DNA of 64,000 nt from Candidatus Marinacidobacterales bacterium. Its GTDB lineage: Bacteria; Acidobacteriota; Vicinamibacteria; Marinacidobacterales; SMYC01. The notes under the pieces were generated by a model. That model did not search any database. It was not told the DNA's origin and was given only the letters and a program-made list of their open reading frames with translations. Below are positions 1-10,546 of this stretch, one piece after another. Numbering within the stretch: the stretch's first letter is position 1; each line of letters starts with the position of its first letter. The DNA lies in assembly GCA_965237955.1 (NCBI GenBank), contig OZ250169.1, positions 6,112,001 through 6,176,000 of the forward strand, in the 5' to 3' direction. The translations under genes were made by a program, and so were the position numbers.

Positions 1-1870
1 GTCGGGGCTCCCGTTCACCGAGTACTCTGCCCAGTTCGCTGGATCGGCCTCCCAGTAGACGGTCCCTTGCACCTTCGTTAGAGAATCGGTTTCGTCGGTG
101 AAGTTCAATACCGCTTCCAGGTCATCCCAGGCGCCGGTTGTTCCGTTCCAGTACTCCCACACCAAATCACCGGCACCAACCCCAGTACCGACCGCACTGA
201 GTGCGATATTCAGTCCGCGAAACTGAGAGTCCGCTCCAAAGTAGGCGTACTCACCACGGTCATTGCCGTCCACTCCGTCGAAAGCGAGCTGGAAGTTCAG
301 AGTCGCGTTGGCCAGGTACTCGTTGGAATCGCTGGTCAACCCTCCGTGGGCCAGCGGCGTCGGGGTCGTCGACGAGCCCCCGTAGCTTCGCACCTCATCG
401 TAGATACCCGGAGCGAAAGATGGCCCGCCGGGCGCCTGCAGCTTTCCGACGTCGAAAAACGCCGTTATCGTCAGGTTGGCTGCGATATAGTCCAGTGCGG
501 GATCCGTGTGGGGTGGCTCGACTCCGTTGATGTAAAGCCTCTGCTGGGTGGCGAGCGGCGCGCTCTCGTCCCACTCGATCCGCAGGTGTAGCCAGTCGCT
601 CGTCCGCCAGCTGTAGTTCGCGGGACTCACCGACAGCAACGAGGTGGCCCCGCTGGCGACGATCTTAAAAGAAAGACTGTTATCCGCTTCCTTCCGAAGC
701 AGCCAATGGTTGCTGCCGTCGACGTAAAAACCAGCGATGGTGTGCGCCGTTCCGTCGGTGTTGTCAAAGTTGGGTTGAAACCAGAATTCGAACGCTCCGA
801 TCACCTTGTCGAAATAGGTAGTGGGAAAGCTGATGATTTCGTTGATGGCCGAGACCTGTGCGCCGTCGCCGTAGCGGCCTTTTACGAAAGTAACAGTGCC
901 CATAACAGTACCTGCGCTCCCCACGTCGGGACTCGTCACTGCCGCGGCGTCCTGCAGCGAGGAGTGCCAGAGAAGATCCTGCGCAAAGTGCGCTCGCGAC
1001 ACAGGCTTGAGATCCGTCTTGAACTCGGCGTCATTGTTGAGGGTCGTCCCCTCGAGCGTGACCATCGCCGGGTCCTGGAAAGAGCGCCACTGACGAATCT
1101 TGAAAAACGGTTCGTAGCGTATGGGGGTTCCCGGCGTGCCCAGGCCACCGTCGATGTCGAAAGTCAACCCGTTGGCCATATCGAACTCCAACGCATAGAC
1201 CGCTTCGGACTCGTTGTAGAAGTCGGATGGCCCAGCCGTATTCTCACTCGGGTGGAACCAACCACCCCCTGCGGTCGGAGCGGCCGGAGTGGCCAGGTCA
1301 TCCGGTCCACAGGTCGCGCAGGCGGTCCGAGGTCGGTAGTCGTCCACGCGTCCGGTCACCGCGGGGTCGGTGTTGTCGATGAGGTTCGTGGGCTTGAAGT
1401 AGTAAAGGAGATGCCAATTCTCGTTGGCGGGCAGAGTCCCCGAATTGGTCTCCTGCCACGCGGTCTCTTCATACTCGTTGACCGGACCATAAAACGAAAA
1501 GACCGTGTCCGCGGCGGCCCAGTCCTGATACAGGATCTGGAGAAAATCGGTCTTGGCTCCTGACGCCTCGATCTTTGAAAGCGTGAAGTCATCCGTTCCC
1601 GGCGGACCGGCACCGATGAGCCCGCTTTCGCGGTACTGAGCCCAGCCGTTGAGAGGCCCCGAGCCCAGCTTGTGAACGCTGATCTGCAGCTGCTGGTTTG
1701 TATAGGTGACGCTGCTGGTCGTCTTCCGCTCCCATCCAAGCGCCAGCCTCCCCGTGGCATAAACGCTGTGGTCACCCATAGTCTTGACTCCACCCAGTAT
1801 GGTGCCGCCTGACGAGACAAAGAAGGACTCCTGCCGCAAGCGCACGCGTGTGGTGGTGGCCTCGAGCAGA
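1..1870 (-). pseudogene. 3' continuation (partial, runs off window) of the giant delta-60/LamG surface protein gene, separated from its 5' part by IS256
   Basis: Manual translation of the minus strand from 1860 to 1 gives about 620 codons with no stop (ATTTRVRLRQESFF...FEFWFQPNF...WLHLRIEWD...RLYINGVE...GIYDEVRSY, LamG-like). It joins in frame to ...SAKLDLLE once the IS and one TSD copy are removed. The ORF track misses it because there is no stop in the window. Confidence 0.9.
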
Positions 1871-3315
1871 GGAGGTGCCCCCACCATAGTTGAAGGTTCG
1901 AGGTGGTGGCGGCTCCTGACACATGGTTTACCCGACTTTGGCGTGCTTGTCGAGCGCTTGATTCTCAGTGACCTCCGCTAACTTCGCTTCGAGGATCGGT
2001 AGCGATTGGTATCCAATGATACGACGGAAATTTTTCTCCGTGGCGAGCAGAGCCGAAGCGGCCCATCTCAGAACCATCTTGCCATTGCGCCAGCGGGTGA
2101 CGCGACGGGTACGACCTCGCGCACCGCTGAAGCACGACTCGATGATGTTCGTCGATCCAAGGCAGCGTTTCAGAGATGCGGGGAGGTCGAGCTCGTTGAT
2201 GGTGAACATCTCGTCGAGCCCCTCCCGGATGCTCTCCGCCGCCGAGGGGTAGTCGTCCTCGAGCCACTTCGCCTGTTGCTCCAACCGCGCTTTGCCCTTC
2301 TTTGCTGGGAGCTGCCAGGCCGAACGCAGGCTCGCTTGCACTTGCGGCTTCAGCTCCTGCGGCAGATAACCGAGCACATTGCGCTCCTTGTGCTTCCTGC
2401 AACGCTGGACCTTGTTGTGGGTACCGAACACAGCGTCGACGGCGACCCGTAGCGCCTTGGAGCCATCGATCACGAACAGCCGACACCGCTCTGGGCTCAG
2501 GCCTCGTTCGACCAGGTCCTCCAGCAGCGCCTTGCACACTATCTGGTTCTCCGATGCTCCATCCCGAAGCCCCAGAACATGCTTGTATCCCTCTGTATCT
2601 ACGCCGATTGCCGCCAGCGCGTGGTGCTCGCCGAAGCGAATCCCGTCCAGGTACACGACCGCGATCTCCAGCTCGTCCAGCGGATGCTCCATCAGCCCCT
2701 GCAACTGCTCCGCGCTTGCTTCCACGAACTCACGGCTCACCTCGCTCTTGCTAACCCCTACCGTCTCCGCCATCTCGGGAAGAACCGACGCGTACTTGCG
2801 CGTCGACACACCCAGCATTAGGATTTCCCAGATGCGTTGGCTCAGCCGAGACGAGTTGTTCACCGCTTCGTAGGCAGGAATCGCAACCTCCCCTCCCTCT
2901 GCCTTTCCCTTACGCCGCAGACGTGGCCGGCTCACTCTCAACTTCCGCTCCGCAAGGCTTACTACGCCACCCTGCCGGCCGTGCCAGCGAACATCGCTAC
3001 CCTTCTTCCCCGGGTGTTTCTCCCCAGCCACACTTTGGGCTGACAGATCCAAGACCGCTTCGATCGTCGCTCGGCCAGCAACGTCGATCACTTCGTCGAT
3101 CGCTATCTCGGTTCGCTCAATCGCATCCAAGAACGGCAACAGAGCTTGCCCCTTCGAGCTCAGTATCTCTCGAAGCTTCTTCCTGTTCTTCGCATCGATG
3201 ATTTGGTGATTTGACATCGTGGTGGCTCCTTTCTTTTTCCTTCACAGCCGGATTCTATCGAACCCGGCCTTAGGAGCCGCCACTCCTAACCTTCAACTAT
3301 CTCAGGGGCATCTCC
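1871..3315 (-). mobile_element. IS256-family insertion sequence, apparently complete (1445 bp)
   Basis: Imperfect terminal IRs: GGAGGTGCCCCCACCATAGTTGAAGGTT at 1871 and, as reverse complement ending at 3315, GGAGATGCCCCTGAGATAGTTGAAGGTT. 9-bp direct repeat TCGAGCAGA at 1862-1870 and 3316-3324. Confidence 0.95.
1928..3217 (-). CDS. IS256-family (Mutator-type) DDE transposase
   Basis: 429 aa with motifs GVSTR, VYLDG, FVIDGSKAL, QRCRKH (CxxH) and TNIIES. Confidence 0.95.
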   Translation of the reverse strand: MSNHQIIDAKNRKKLREILSSKGQALLPFLDAIERTEIAIDEVIDVAGRATIEAVLDLSAQSVAGEKHPGKKGSDVRWHGRQGGVVSLAERKLRVSRPRLRRKGKAEGGEVAIPAYEAVNNSSRLSQRIWEILMLGVSTRKYASVLPEMAETVGVSKSEVSREFVEASAEQLQGLMEHPLDELEIAVVYLDGIRFGEHHALAAIGVDTEGYKHVLGLRDGASENQIVCKALLEDLVERGLSPERCRLFVIDGSKALRVAVDAVFGTHNKVQRCRKHKERNVLGYLPQELKPQVQASLRSAWQLPAKKGKARLEQQAKWLEDDYPSAAESIREGLDEMFTINELDLPASLKRCLGSTNIIESCFSGARGRTRRVTRWRNGKMVLRWAASALLATEKNFRRIIGYQSLPILEAKLAEVTENQALDKHAKVG

Positions 3316-4913
3316 TCGAGCAGATCCAGCTTCGCACTGGTGGTGCTGTAGCCAGTCTTGTATATAGTCCCTCCATTCACAATCTCATCCGTAAACAGCG
3401 TCATCTGACCGGCACCGGCCAGGCTTCCTACCAGGGGGTAAGACTTACCCGGATCCTCCTCCAGGTCGTAGAAGACGTCGAGGCCCCCACCGCTGGCTGT
3501 GTTGAAGCGCATCTCGAAGCGTCCCGACGCGACAATGGTGATGGTCCCCGCCCCTTCCGACGTGGAAAGCGGCGTGCAGACGCCGCTGCAGCTCGTATCC
3601 AAGCTGCCGTCGGTGTTGTACCTCGCGGCGGCGAAGTCGTCGTCCGACCCATTGTGGGAGTAGCCGCCGGCGACGATCTTCCCGTTCGGCTGGAGCGCGA
3701 CGGAGTCGATCCAGTCGTTGCCAGCGCCGACGGCCGTCGTGACTTTGCCGCCGGCACCGAAGCCACCGTCGAGGCTTCCGTCCGCGTTGTAGCGTGTCAG
3801 GGCGAAGTCGACGTTGGCGGCGCCCCCGTCCCAGTTGGCCCAACCGACCACAACGATCTTGTTGTCCACCTGCTCGACGACGCCATAAGCGCGGTCATGC
3901 AGGCCCGTGAAATCCGTCGTCACTCGTCCCGCCACGTTCGGTGCGTCGCCGAAGATACCGGCTGGGTTGAATGTCGTCGTGTCTACGGTACCGTCGGTGT
4001 TCAGTCGGGCGACGCCGAAGAGGTCGAAACCGATGAGCACCGCCCCGGCGAGAAGGATCTTCCCGTCGGACTGGAGCGTCATCGCGAACGCCCGGTCCTG
4101 GCCTGCCCCGACCGGAACTAGCACGGTTCCTCCGCTGAACGTCGGGTCGAGGGCGCCGCTGGTGTCGAAGCGAGCCGCCGAGAAGTCGTCGTTGGCGCCG
4201 TTGTTGGCCCATCCGCCCAAGACGATCCTGCCATCGCCCGGCTGAATCGCTACTGCGGTAGCCACGTCGTCGGTAAGAGCGTTGGTGGAGACGAAATAGC
4301 CGTTGGGCGCGGCGAAGCCTGCCGTGTCCAGGCCGCCCGTCGCGTCGTAGCGGGCGACGACGTAATCCAAGGTCGCGTTCTGGGCGAACCCAGCGACGAC
4401 GATCCGACCGGTGGCGTCGACGGCGACGCCCTCGATCTCGTCGTGATTGCCGGTAATGTCGCTCGTCGCTTTGCCGAGGATTCCGAACGCGCTGTCCAGG
4501 CTGCCGTCGAGGTTGTAGCGTACAATGGCGAAGTCCCGAGTGACGTTCGTCGCATGCCCGGCGACGACGATTTTTCCGTCGGGTTGGATGGCAATGGCCT
4601 CGGCACGATCTTGACCGCCGAAGAAATCCGTCGTCACGATCCCGTTCGTACCGAAGGAGAGGTCGAGGCTAAAGTCGGGATTGTAGCAGACGACCGCGAA
4701 GTCGTCGTTGCCACCAACGAAGGCGTAACCTGCGAGAACGATCTTCCCATCTGGTTGGACTGCGATGGCAGTGCCGACGTCGGCGACGCCGATCGGTGTC
4801 GTGACGACACAGTTCTGTGCAGAGCTTGGGCTCGAGACGCCAACCACCACGAACGCAGCGGCCACAGCGAGCAGACGTGTCGCGGAACTTCGAAGGCTGG
4901 ATCCGTTAGACAT
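3316..4913 (-). pseudogene. 5' part of giant secreted protein with 7 delta-60 repeats (probable beta-propeller), interrupted by IS256
   Basis: Signal-peptide-like N-terminus (RLLAVAAAFVVVGVSSPSSAQ) and seven repeats of type AxQPDGKIVxAG...DFAxxRYNxDGSLDxxF. The ORF-track end (EMPLR*) is read-through into the IS. Confidence 0.9.
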
Positions 4914-4929
4914 AAGTCCGGGAAGGCAG

Positions 4930-4946
4930 GTGCAAGAACAATGCCG
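4930..4946 (-). promoter_or_regulatory. sigma54 (-24/-12) promoter candidate for the delta-60 gene
   Basis: Minus strand reads CGGCATTGTTCTTGCAC, an exact GG-N10-GC spacing with TTGC, just upstream of ATG 4913. Confidence 0.6.
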
Positions 4947-5150
4947 GGAACGGTCTCAGGGAAGGCCATTGGACGGAGTGGGTTACGTTGAAATCGGGAG
5001 TCCCGATGATGGGAAAAGCCAACAAGGTGGGGGCTGTTTACCGCATGAAAACAACGTCAGCCCAGAAAAGTGTCGGAGATTCGGCTGACGGTGCGCTCGA
5101 TTCCGAATGAGAAGAGGGTGCAACCCTAGACGGCGAGTCTCAATTGTGGC

Positions 5151-8072
5151 TCACCGCAGTGTCATTGCGGGGTCACCGAGGAGGTGATAGATGGTGAGCA
5201 GTTCTGGAAAGGCACCGGTTTTTGCATACGCTTTCTGCGCGGCCAAGACCGCATCGCCCAGCCGCCCGTGGCTCCCATTGTTGAAGAGTTCTTGCAACAG
5301 CGCCTTGTGGTAAAGGTTCGCCGGGCCATTCAGGCTCAGCCCGCTCGGCGACAAGGCTGCGATCGCGCCCTTGTCCCTGGCTTGGACGAGCTCCTCGGCG
5401 AGCGAGTTGAAGTACGGGAAATGGAAGTACCCGTTCAGGCAGTTCATCGTGAGCAGGAGCGGCTGCTGGGACTGGAGACCGAGTGACGCGACGTCGCCGG
5501 CGTTGAAAAAGTTCTCGTTCGCCCACAGGTGAATGCCGCCGTGACCCAGGTAGCTCACGAGCGACGCTCCCTCGTCGAAGCTTTGCAGGATGGCGTCTCG
5601 AGTAGCAGCGGTGCCGAGCTGGCTCAGGTAGATCTTCTCGGGATTCTTCGAAGCCAAGACGGTTGCAGCCAGCGCGTCGGCATCCGCCTCGAAGTTGCCG
5701 GCGCGGTCCGGATTGTCCGCCACGAGCACCACCGCGGAGCGATCCAAGCCTGCCTCTCCCGTCTCATAAGCCACGATCTTCTCGACCATCGCCTGGACTT
5801 GCTCGACCGTCGCCGCTGGCAAGCGTCCAATCGAAAGATCCGGCAGAATATCCTCGCCGTTCACCGCGGCATAGCTCGGGTCCGACGCCGTCCATAGATA
5901 GCTCGTCTTCACCATCCGAGGCGGTACCTGGTTCGTCACTCCCGTCTGCAAATGGTCCTTGAAGTCGAACGTCGCATCACCGAGAAGCAGCACGTAGCGC
6001 GGCGAGGGTTGTCTCCAATTGTGATAGGCGTAGCTCAGGAAATCCTTCACGGCCTCGGGCGTCGGCTCGCCGAAGCCGAACTCGGAATAGACTTCCTCGA
6101 TCGCTACCGCCTTGACCTTCAGCCCCTCGCTCTGCCTGAGCTCCAGCAAGGGTATCGCCGCTCGAAGGAATGCCTCCGGGCCGATAACCAGATAGTCGGC
6201 GCGATTGCGTGTGTTCTTCAGACGGCTCGTCCTGGGCTTCGTCACCGCGGGGTGATAAACCGCTTCGGGGCTGACCGCGAGATAACTACGGCCGGACTCG
6301 GCGCGAAAGCGCAACATGCCGTCGGTTCCGACTTCCGTGTCGAGCAACCAGCGCGGCCGCGCTTCGCTCGTATCCAAAACGTGCGTCCCTGCTACGAGCC
6401 CTGAGAGCTCCGCCGCCCCGGATGCACTCCAGCGACCTTCGAGTCGGCCATCGCCCGTGAGCGCGACGTGCGGATACTCCACCGCGTAGCGGTCGAGCAT
6501 CACCATCGAGTACGCCGCTTCGGTGTCTCCCACGTTCTTGAGCTCCAGGAGGTTGTCTCCTTCTTGCAGAAGACCTGGCATTAGATCCACGTCGATCTTG
6601 TTTGCCCGCTTGCCATCCCAGCTCACTTCCGCAACCAGGCTCCCGTTCACATACACCCGCACGTGATGATCGGAATTGGCCCTAAAATCACTCACCCCCT
6701 GGAGCCACACGCTGAGTTTCGAGGGCTCACTGGGTGCGGGCGCAATCAGTGCCAGAGCACTCACTTCAAACGGGTAGCTCTTCACCACCGGAGCAAACAA
6801 CAGGTCCCACAACCATAGATCGGGCGCTTCGAGAAGCGCTGCCTGGTAGTAACGGTTCTCTTCCCACTCCGCCCGATGCCAGTAGAAGCGGGTAGGCTCT
6901 CCCGAAGGCGCTGCCGAGATTTCCGGCATGCTCTCCCCGGCCTGCCCCATCTCGAGCTCATACACCGCCTCGCTGCCATAGGGATTTGCCGATGCGCCGT
7001 CACTCATGAAGTAGAGCGTCGAGCCCGGTTTGAAACGATTCCCCTTCGGCTCCAGGTGGAACGCGACCGTCTCGCCCTGACGGCTCAGCCGCAATGTCTT
7101 CGCACGCACACCGCGACGGCCCCGCATCACGTCTTCATAACGAACACTGTGAAGACCTCTCTCCGTGGTCCCAAGACGCGCCACCACCGTGCGCTGGTCG
7201 TGGCTGCGCTTTCTCGCGTAGCGACGGCCCCGTACGCCGTCTGCCAGAATCCGCTCCGTGGGCTCGCGCCCGCGGAACGAGACCCGCACCACCAAACGGC
7301 GCGCCAGCAGAAGCTGCCCCTTCGTTCCATCCCAGCGCAGAGGCGCGAGCTCTACCAGAGCTTTCTTGACGTCCCCCTGGAAGCCCACGCTGACGATGCG
7401 CGCCGCGCTCGACGGGTTCAGACCGTCTCCTCGGAACGCCCTCTTGGCTCTACGCCGACGCTGTGCCACTCGCACCGTGCCCTCCGGTGTCGCTACGATC
7501 TCGGGGAGCTCCGCACCCGACGAGCGTAAACTCGTGAACACGTCGACTCCTCCGGCTCGAACCGAGAGAAGCTTCACCTTGCGACCAGCTACGGCCTCGA
7601 CCCACGTGCGTTTCACTGGAACTCCAGGTGCCGTGAGCTCCGCCAGAGATTCGAATCCAGGCACCTCCAGCCGGACCGAGCCGTCTTCCAGGGGCTCCGC
7701 GTAGAAGCCTTCGGTCAAGAGCTCCAACACTGCCGAGGTCTTGTCGCGCTTGACCACTCTAAAAGAGTTTGCCGTCGGGTCCCCGTAGGTGATGAGAGAG
7801 GTGGGGGCGGCTTCATCCGAAGCGCTACCTCCCGAGTCCGTGTCATCTCCGCCACTCGACACACGTGCCATCGGTGTCGCCGACACCGGACCGTGTAGCT
7901 CCATCTTGCCCGTAGTATCGATGTCTTCCAGCTTGTAGTAATACGTGACGCCGTTCGCCAGTCCCGTATCCTGATAGCTGTACTGCGCTCCCACCGGTGA
8001 GGAGCCGAGCCCCGGAATCGCCCTCGCGGTGATCTGCTCGTAGGAGCCTCGAGCCGACATGGCCCGGTACAA
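5151..8072 (-). CDS. C-terminal open segment of the giant gene: C25 (gingipain/PorU family) cysteine peptidase region
   Basis: ADYLVI, RYVLLLGDA, SDPSYA...D.LPDLSIGRLPA, catalytic-type His in SYLGHGG and Cys in TMNCLNG, terminal YHLLGDPAM. Confidence 0.88.
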   Translation of the reverse strand: MYRAMSARGSYEQITARAIPGLGSSPVGAQYSYQDTGLANGVTYYYKLEDIDTTGKMELHGPVSATPMARVSSGGDDTDSGGSASDEAAPTSLITYGDPTANSFRVVKRDKTSAVLELLTEGFYAEPLEDGSVRLEVPGFESLAELTAPGVPVKRTWVEAVAGRKVKLLSVRAGGVDVFTSLRSSGAELPEIVATPEGTVRVAQRRRRAKRAFRGDGLNPSSAARIVSVGFQGDVKKALVELAPLRWDGTKGQLLLARRLVVRVSFRGREPTERILADGVRGRRYARKRSHDQRTVVARLGTTERGLHSVRYEDVMRGRRGVRAKTLRLSRQGETVAFHLEPKGNRFKPGSTLYFMSDGASANPYGSEAVYELEMGQAGESMPEISAAPSGEPTRFYWHRAEWEENRYYQAALLEAPDLWLWDLLFAPVVKSYPFEVSALALIAPAPSEPSKLSVWLQGVSDFRANSDHHVRVYVNGSLVAEVSWDGKRANKIDVDLMPGLLQEGDNLLELKNVGDTEAAYSMVMLDRYAVEYPHVALTGDGRLEGRWSASGAAELSGLVAGTHVLDTSEARPRWLLDTEVGTDGMLRFRAESGRSYLAVSPEAVYHPAVTKPRTSRLKNTRNRADYLVIGPEAFLRAAIPLLELRQSEGLKVKAVAIEEVYSEFGFGEPTPEAVKDFLSYAYHNWRQPSPRYVLLLGDATFDFKDHLQTGVTNQVPPRMVKTSYLWTASDPSYAAVNGEDILPDLSIGRLPAATVEQVQAMVEKIVAYETGEAGLDRSAVVLVADNPDRAGNFEADADALAATVLASKNPEKIYLSQLGTAATRDAILQSFDEGASLVSYLGHGGIHLWANENFFNAGDVASLGLQSQQPLLLTMNCLNGYFHFPYFNSLAEELVQARDKGAIAALSPSGLSLNGPANLYHKALLQELFNNGSHGRLGDAVLAAQKAYAKTGAFPELLTIYHLLGDPAMTLR

Positions 8073-8181
8073 ATGAAAGCCGAGTGTTGTCGAGCTCTGA
8101 GCCGGTGCGCCACTCGAGATCTACCGCAGCGTCCGAGGGCAGCGCCTCGAAGGACAGAAGCTCCACTGCGGTGGTGGCGAG

Positions 8182-10546
8182 GATGTCATCGGCACCGATG
8201 TCCCAGGGAACCGTCCGTGCTCCTGCGTCGATATCAAAGTTGAAGATCGTGCTCAAGTTGGCGCCGACATCCTCGGCCGTGCTGCCGCTAGTAATGTGCA
8301 GGTCGATACCCGGTGCCGCGTCGTCGACGAAGTTCATGTTCGCGAGCACCGGCTCCTGGATGCCGTTCGGTGCGCCTTGATTGGGACTGTGGGTCAACGC
8401 GGTCCCGTCGCTCGAGAGGTTGTGGCTGCTGGCCGGATCCACCGAGTCCAGGGGGTCACCCCTGAAGTCGAGTCCGCCGTTGAAAACGGAGATGTTGCCG
8501 CGAAGCAGCAGGGTCGCGGCTGCCGAGGCGCCGAGGACCTTGTTGATGCCGTTGCTGACGTTGGCGTAGAACGTGTTGTTAAGGACACGGAAGCGGCTGC
8601 CCGGCAGCAGGGAAACCGGGTCGAGGTACAGGCCGCACTGGTCGTTGCTGTAGACGAAGTTGTTGTAGACGTCGACGCGCCCGTCGTCGTCGTAGAGTGC
8701 CACGCCGCACCCTCCGACGTCGTGGAGAAGGTTACTCCGCAGGACGACCAGCGACGATGTGCCGGCGGCGAGGCCGTCGTTCACTTGGATCCCCTCCCGC
8801 CCTCCCGCTGTGTTCGTAACCTCCATCCACTCGACGGTCACGAAGTCGTCCTGGATCTGGATCGCGTCGTTCCCGAGTCCACCCAGGTCGATCACCACTC
8901 CCTGCCCGGGGAGGCCGTAGTGACGGTTGTCCCCGTCAGCGGTGAGAGTGATGTCGTGGGCCGAGTCGGTCGTGGAGCCGTCGATGATCACCCGGGCGGT
9001 GAAGACACTGTCTTCATACGCGATCCCGATCTCCGCACGCCCGTCGGCGACGAGGCTCGATGACGCGACGGGGAAGAACGGGCAGGGCGTGCCCCCGGGC
9101 CCGTCGATGCAGTCCTCCCAGGCGGCGAGGGTCGTAAACTGGCGGGCGATGCGGTAGGTTCTTGTCGGGAGGACTGCTGGTCCCTGCGTAAGGAAACGTG
9201 AGCGTGAGCTGCGTGTCCGAATCCACCCACAAGATGGTGTAGTTGACGCCGTCGATGTCGATGAGATCGCCCCGGCCACGGTTTTTGGCTTTCCAGGCGG
9301 CCCCCCCCACCCCGGTCACCGCCGCCGCCCCGGCGGTCACCGTGACCTGCGTGCCCCCCCCTTCGGCGACCGGTTGGAAAGTCCCATAGTCGGGCGCCGT
9401 CCCAATCGAGCGGTAGTTGGTTGGCGGCACGAACTCATCCGCTCCGATATCCCAGCCCACACCTGTGGGTCTCAGCGCTCCATCGATATCACAGCAAAAC
9501 GAGGCGGATAGATCGGAGCCAATATCAATAGCGTCAGCGGTAGCTTTTAAGTGGAAGTTGGGCGGGGCTCCGAGGTGGTCTACGAATTGGTCACCGGGAA
9601 GTTTACCTTGGTTGGCGACAGGCTGAGCGGTGGCGTCGGAAGACATGTTGTTTTCCTGAGCTCCAGTTACCACGCCGAAGTCCACGCCGACGTTGCCCAT
9701 CGATAGGGTGTTCCGAACATCATAGACACCCCCGATTTCTTGAATGCCTTTATCTAAATTCCCATAGATCGTGCAGTTGTCAATCGTGGCGCTGCCCCCG
9801 CCTGCGGAACCCGCAATCCCATCATTGCCCCCACCGTAGATGAGACTATTGCGGAGGGTAAAGCTAACGCCGGCCCCGGTGTGGTCAATACCATGATTGC
9901 CCATGTTGTAGATAATGAGATGTGTAAGAAGGACGTTTGCAGCGTCGACCAGCACCACCTCACTGGCGGGACCGAGACGCGTCAGCTCGAGCCACTGGAC
10001 GACGGTATAGTCGTCGAGGATGTCGATTCCGGTGCTGGGCACGTCTAGTCCATCCACAACCACACCGGTTCCCTCGATGCCTGTATGGCGTTGGCCCGAA
10101 GCCACGGTCAGGAGCATGTAACGGATCGCGTCCGTCGATCCCGGCCCTAGCCCATTGTCTATGATGATACCGGTGGTGAAGGGACCGTCCTTATAGGCGA
10201 CACCGATCTCGCGTCGGTTCTCCCCTACCAGGTTTCCGTTGCGGGCGTCTTCCCAATCCTGAAGCGCAGTGGGACCAGAGTAGGCCCGGGTGATGGTAAA
10301 CGCCACGGTTGGGGTGGTGTGGTCCACTGTGGCTGGAGACAGGAGAGTGACCTGGAAATCGGAATCGCGCTACAGGATGAACAAGATCTCGCCCTCGATG
10401 ATCAGCTTGTCCCCCAGACCTATGGCGCCTATCGCTGTCGGCAGCGGGAGGACGACGGAGAATGTGACCGTGGTGGAGCCTAGCGGCACCGAGGCAGTTC
10501 CACTGGGGTGAAGGTTTCCGGTGTTGGTTCCGATCGAGCGGAAGTT
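8182..10546 (-). repeat. Two tandem divergent modules of about 370-410 aa (NxRSIGT ... WED ... EIGxAY ... beta-helix ... WDIGADE/D) within the giant gene
   Basis: Module A about 10546-9431 (NFRSIGT...WDIGADEF) and module B about 9418-8182 (NYRSIGT...WDIGADDI) share the same ordered motifs. Confidence 0.75.

Noticed and set aside
706-1563. 285-aa plus-strand ORF, and similar long ORFs at 3219-4121, 20415-21611, 26962-27879 and 59985-60926
   Set aside because: Antisense shadows of clear genes on the opposite strand, typical of high-GC DNA; no recognisable motifs.
10370-10372. In-frame TAG as pyrrolysine or programmed read-through
   Set aside because: The same gene carries three frameshifts, TAG terminates many normal genes here, and no pyl genes are in the window. 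A point mutation or sequencing error is simpler.
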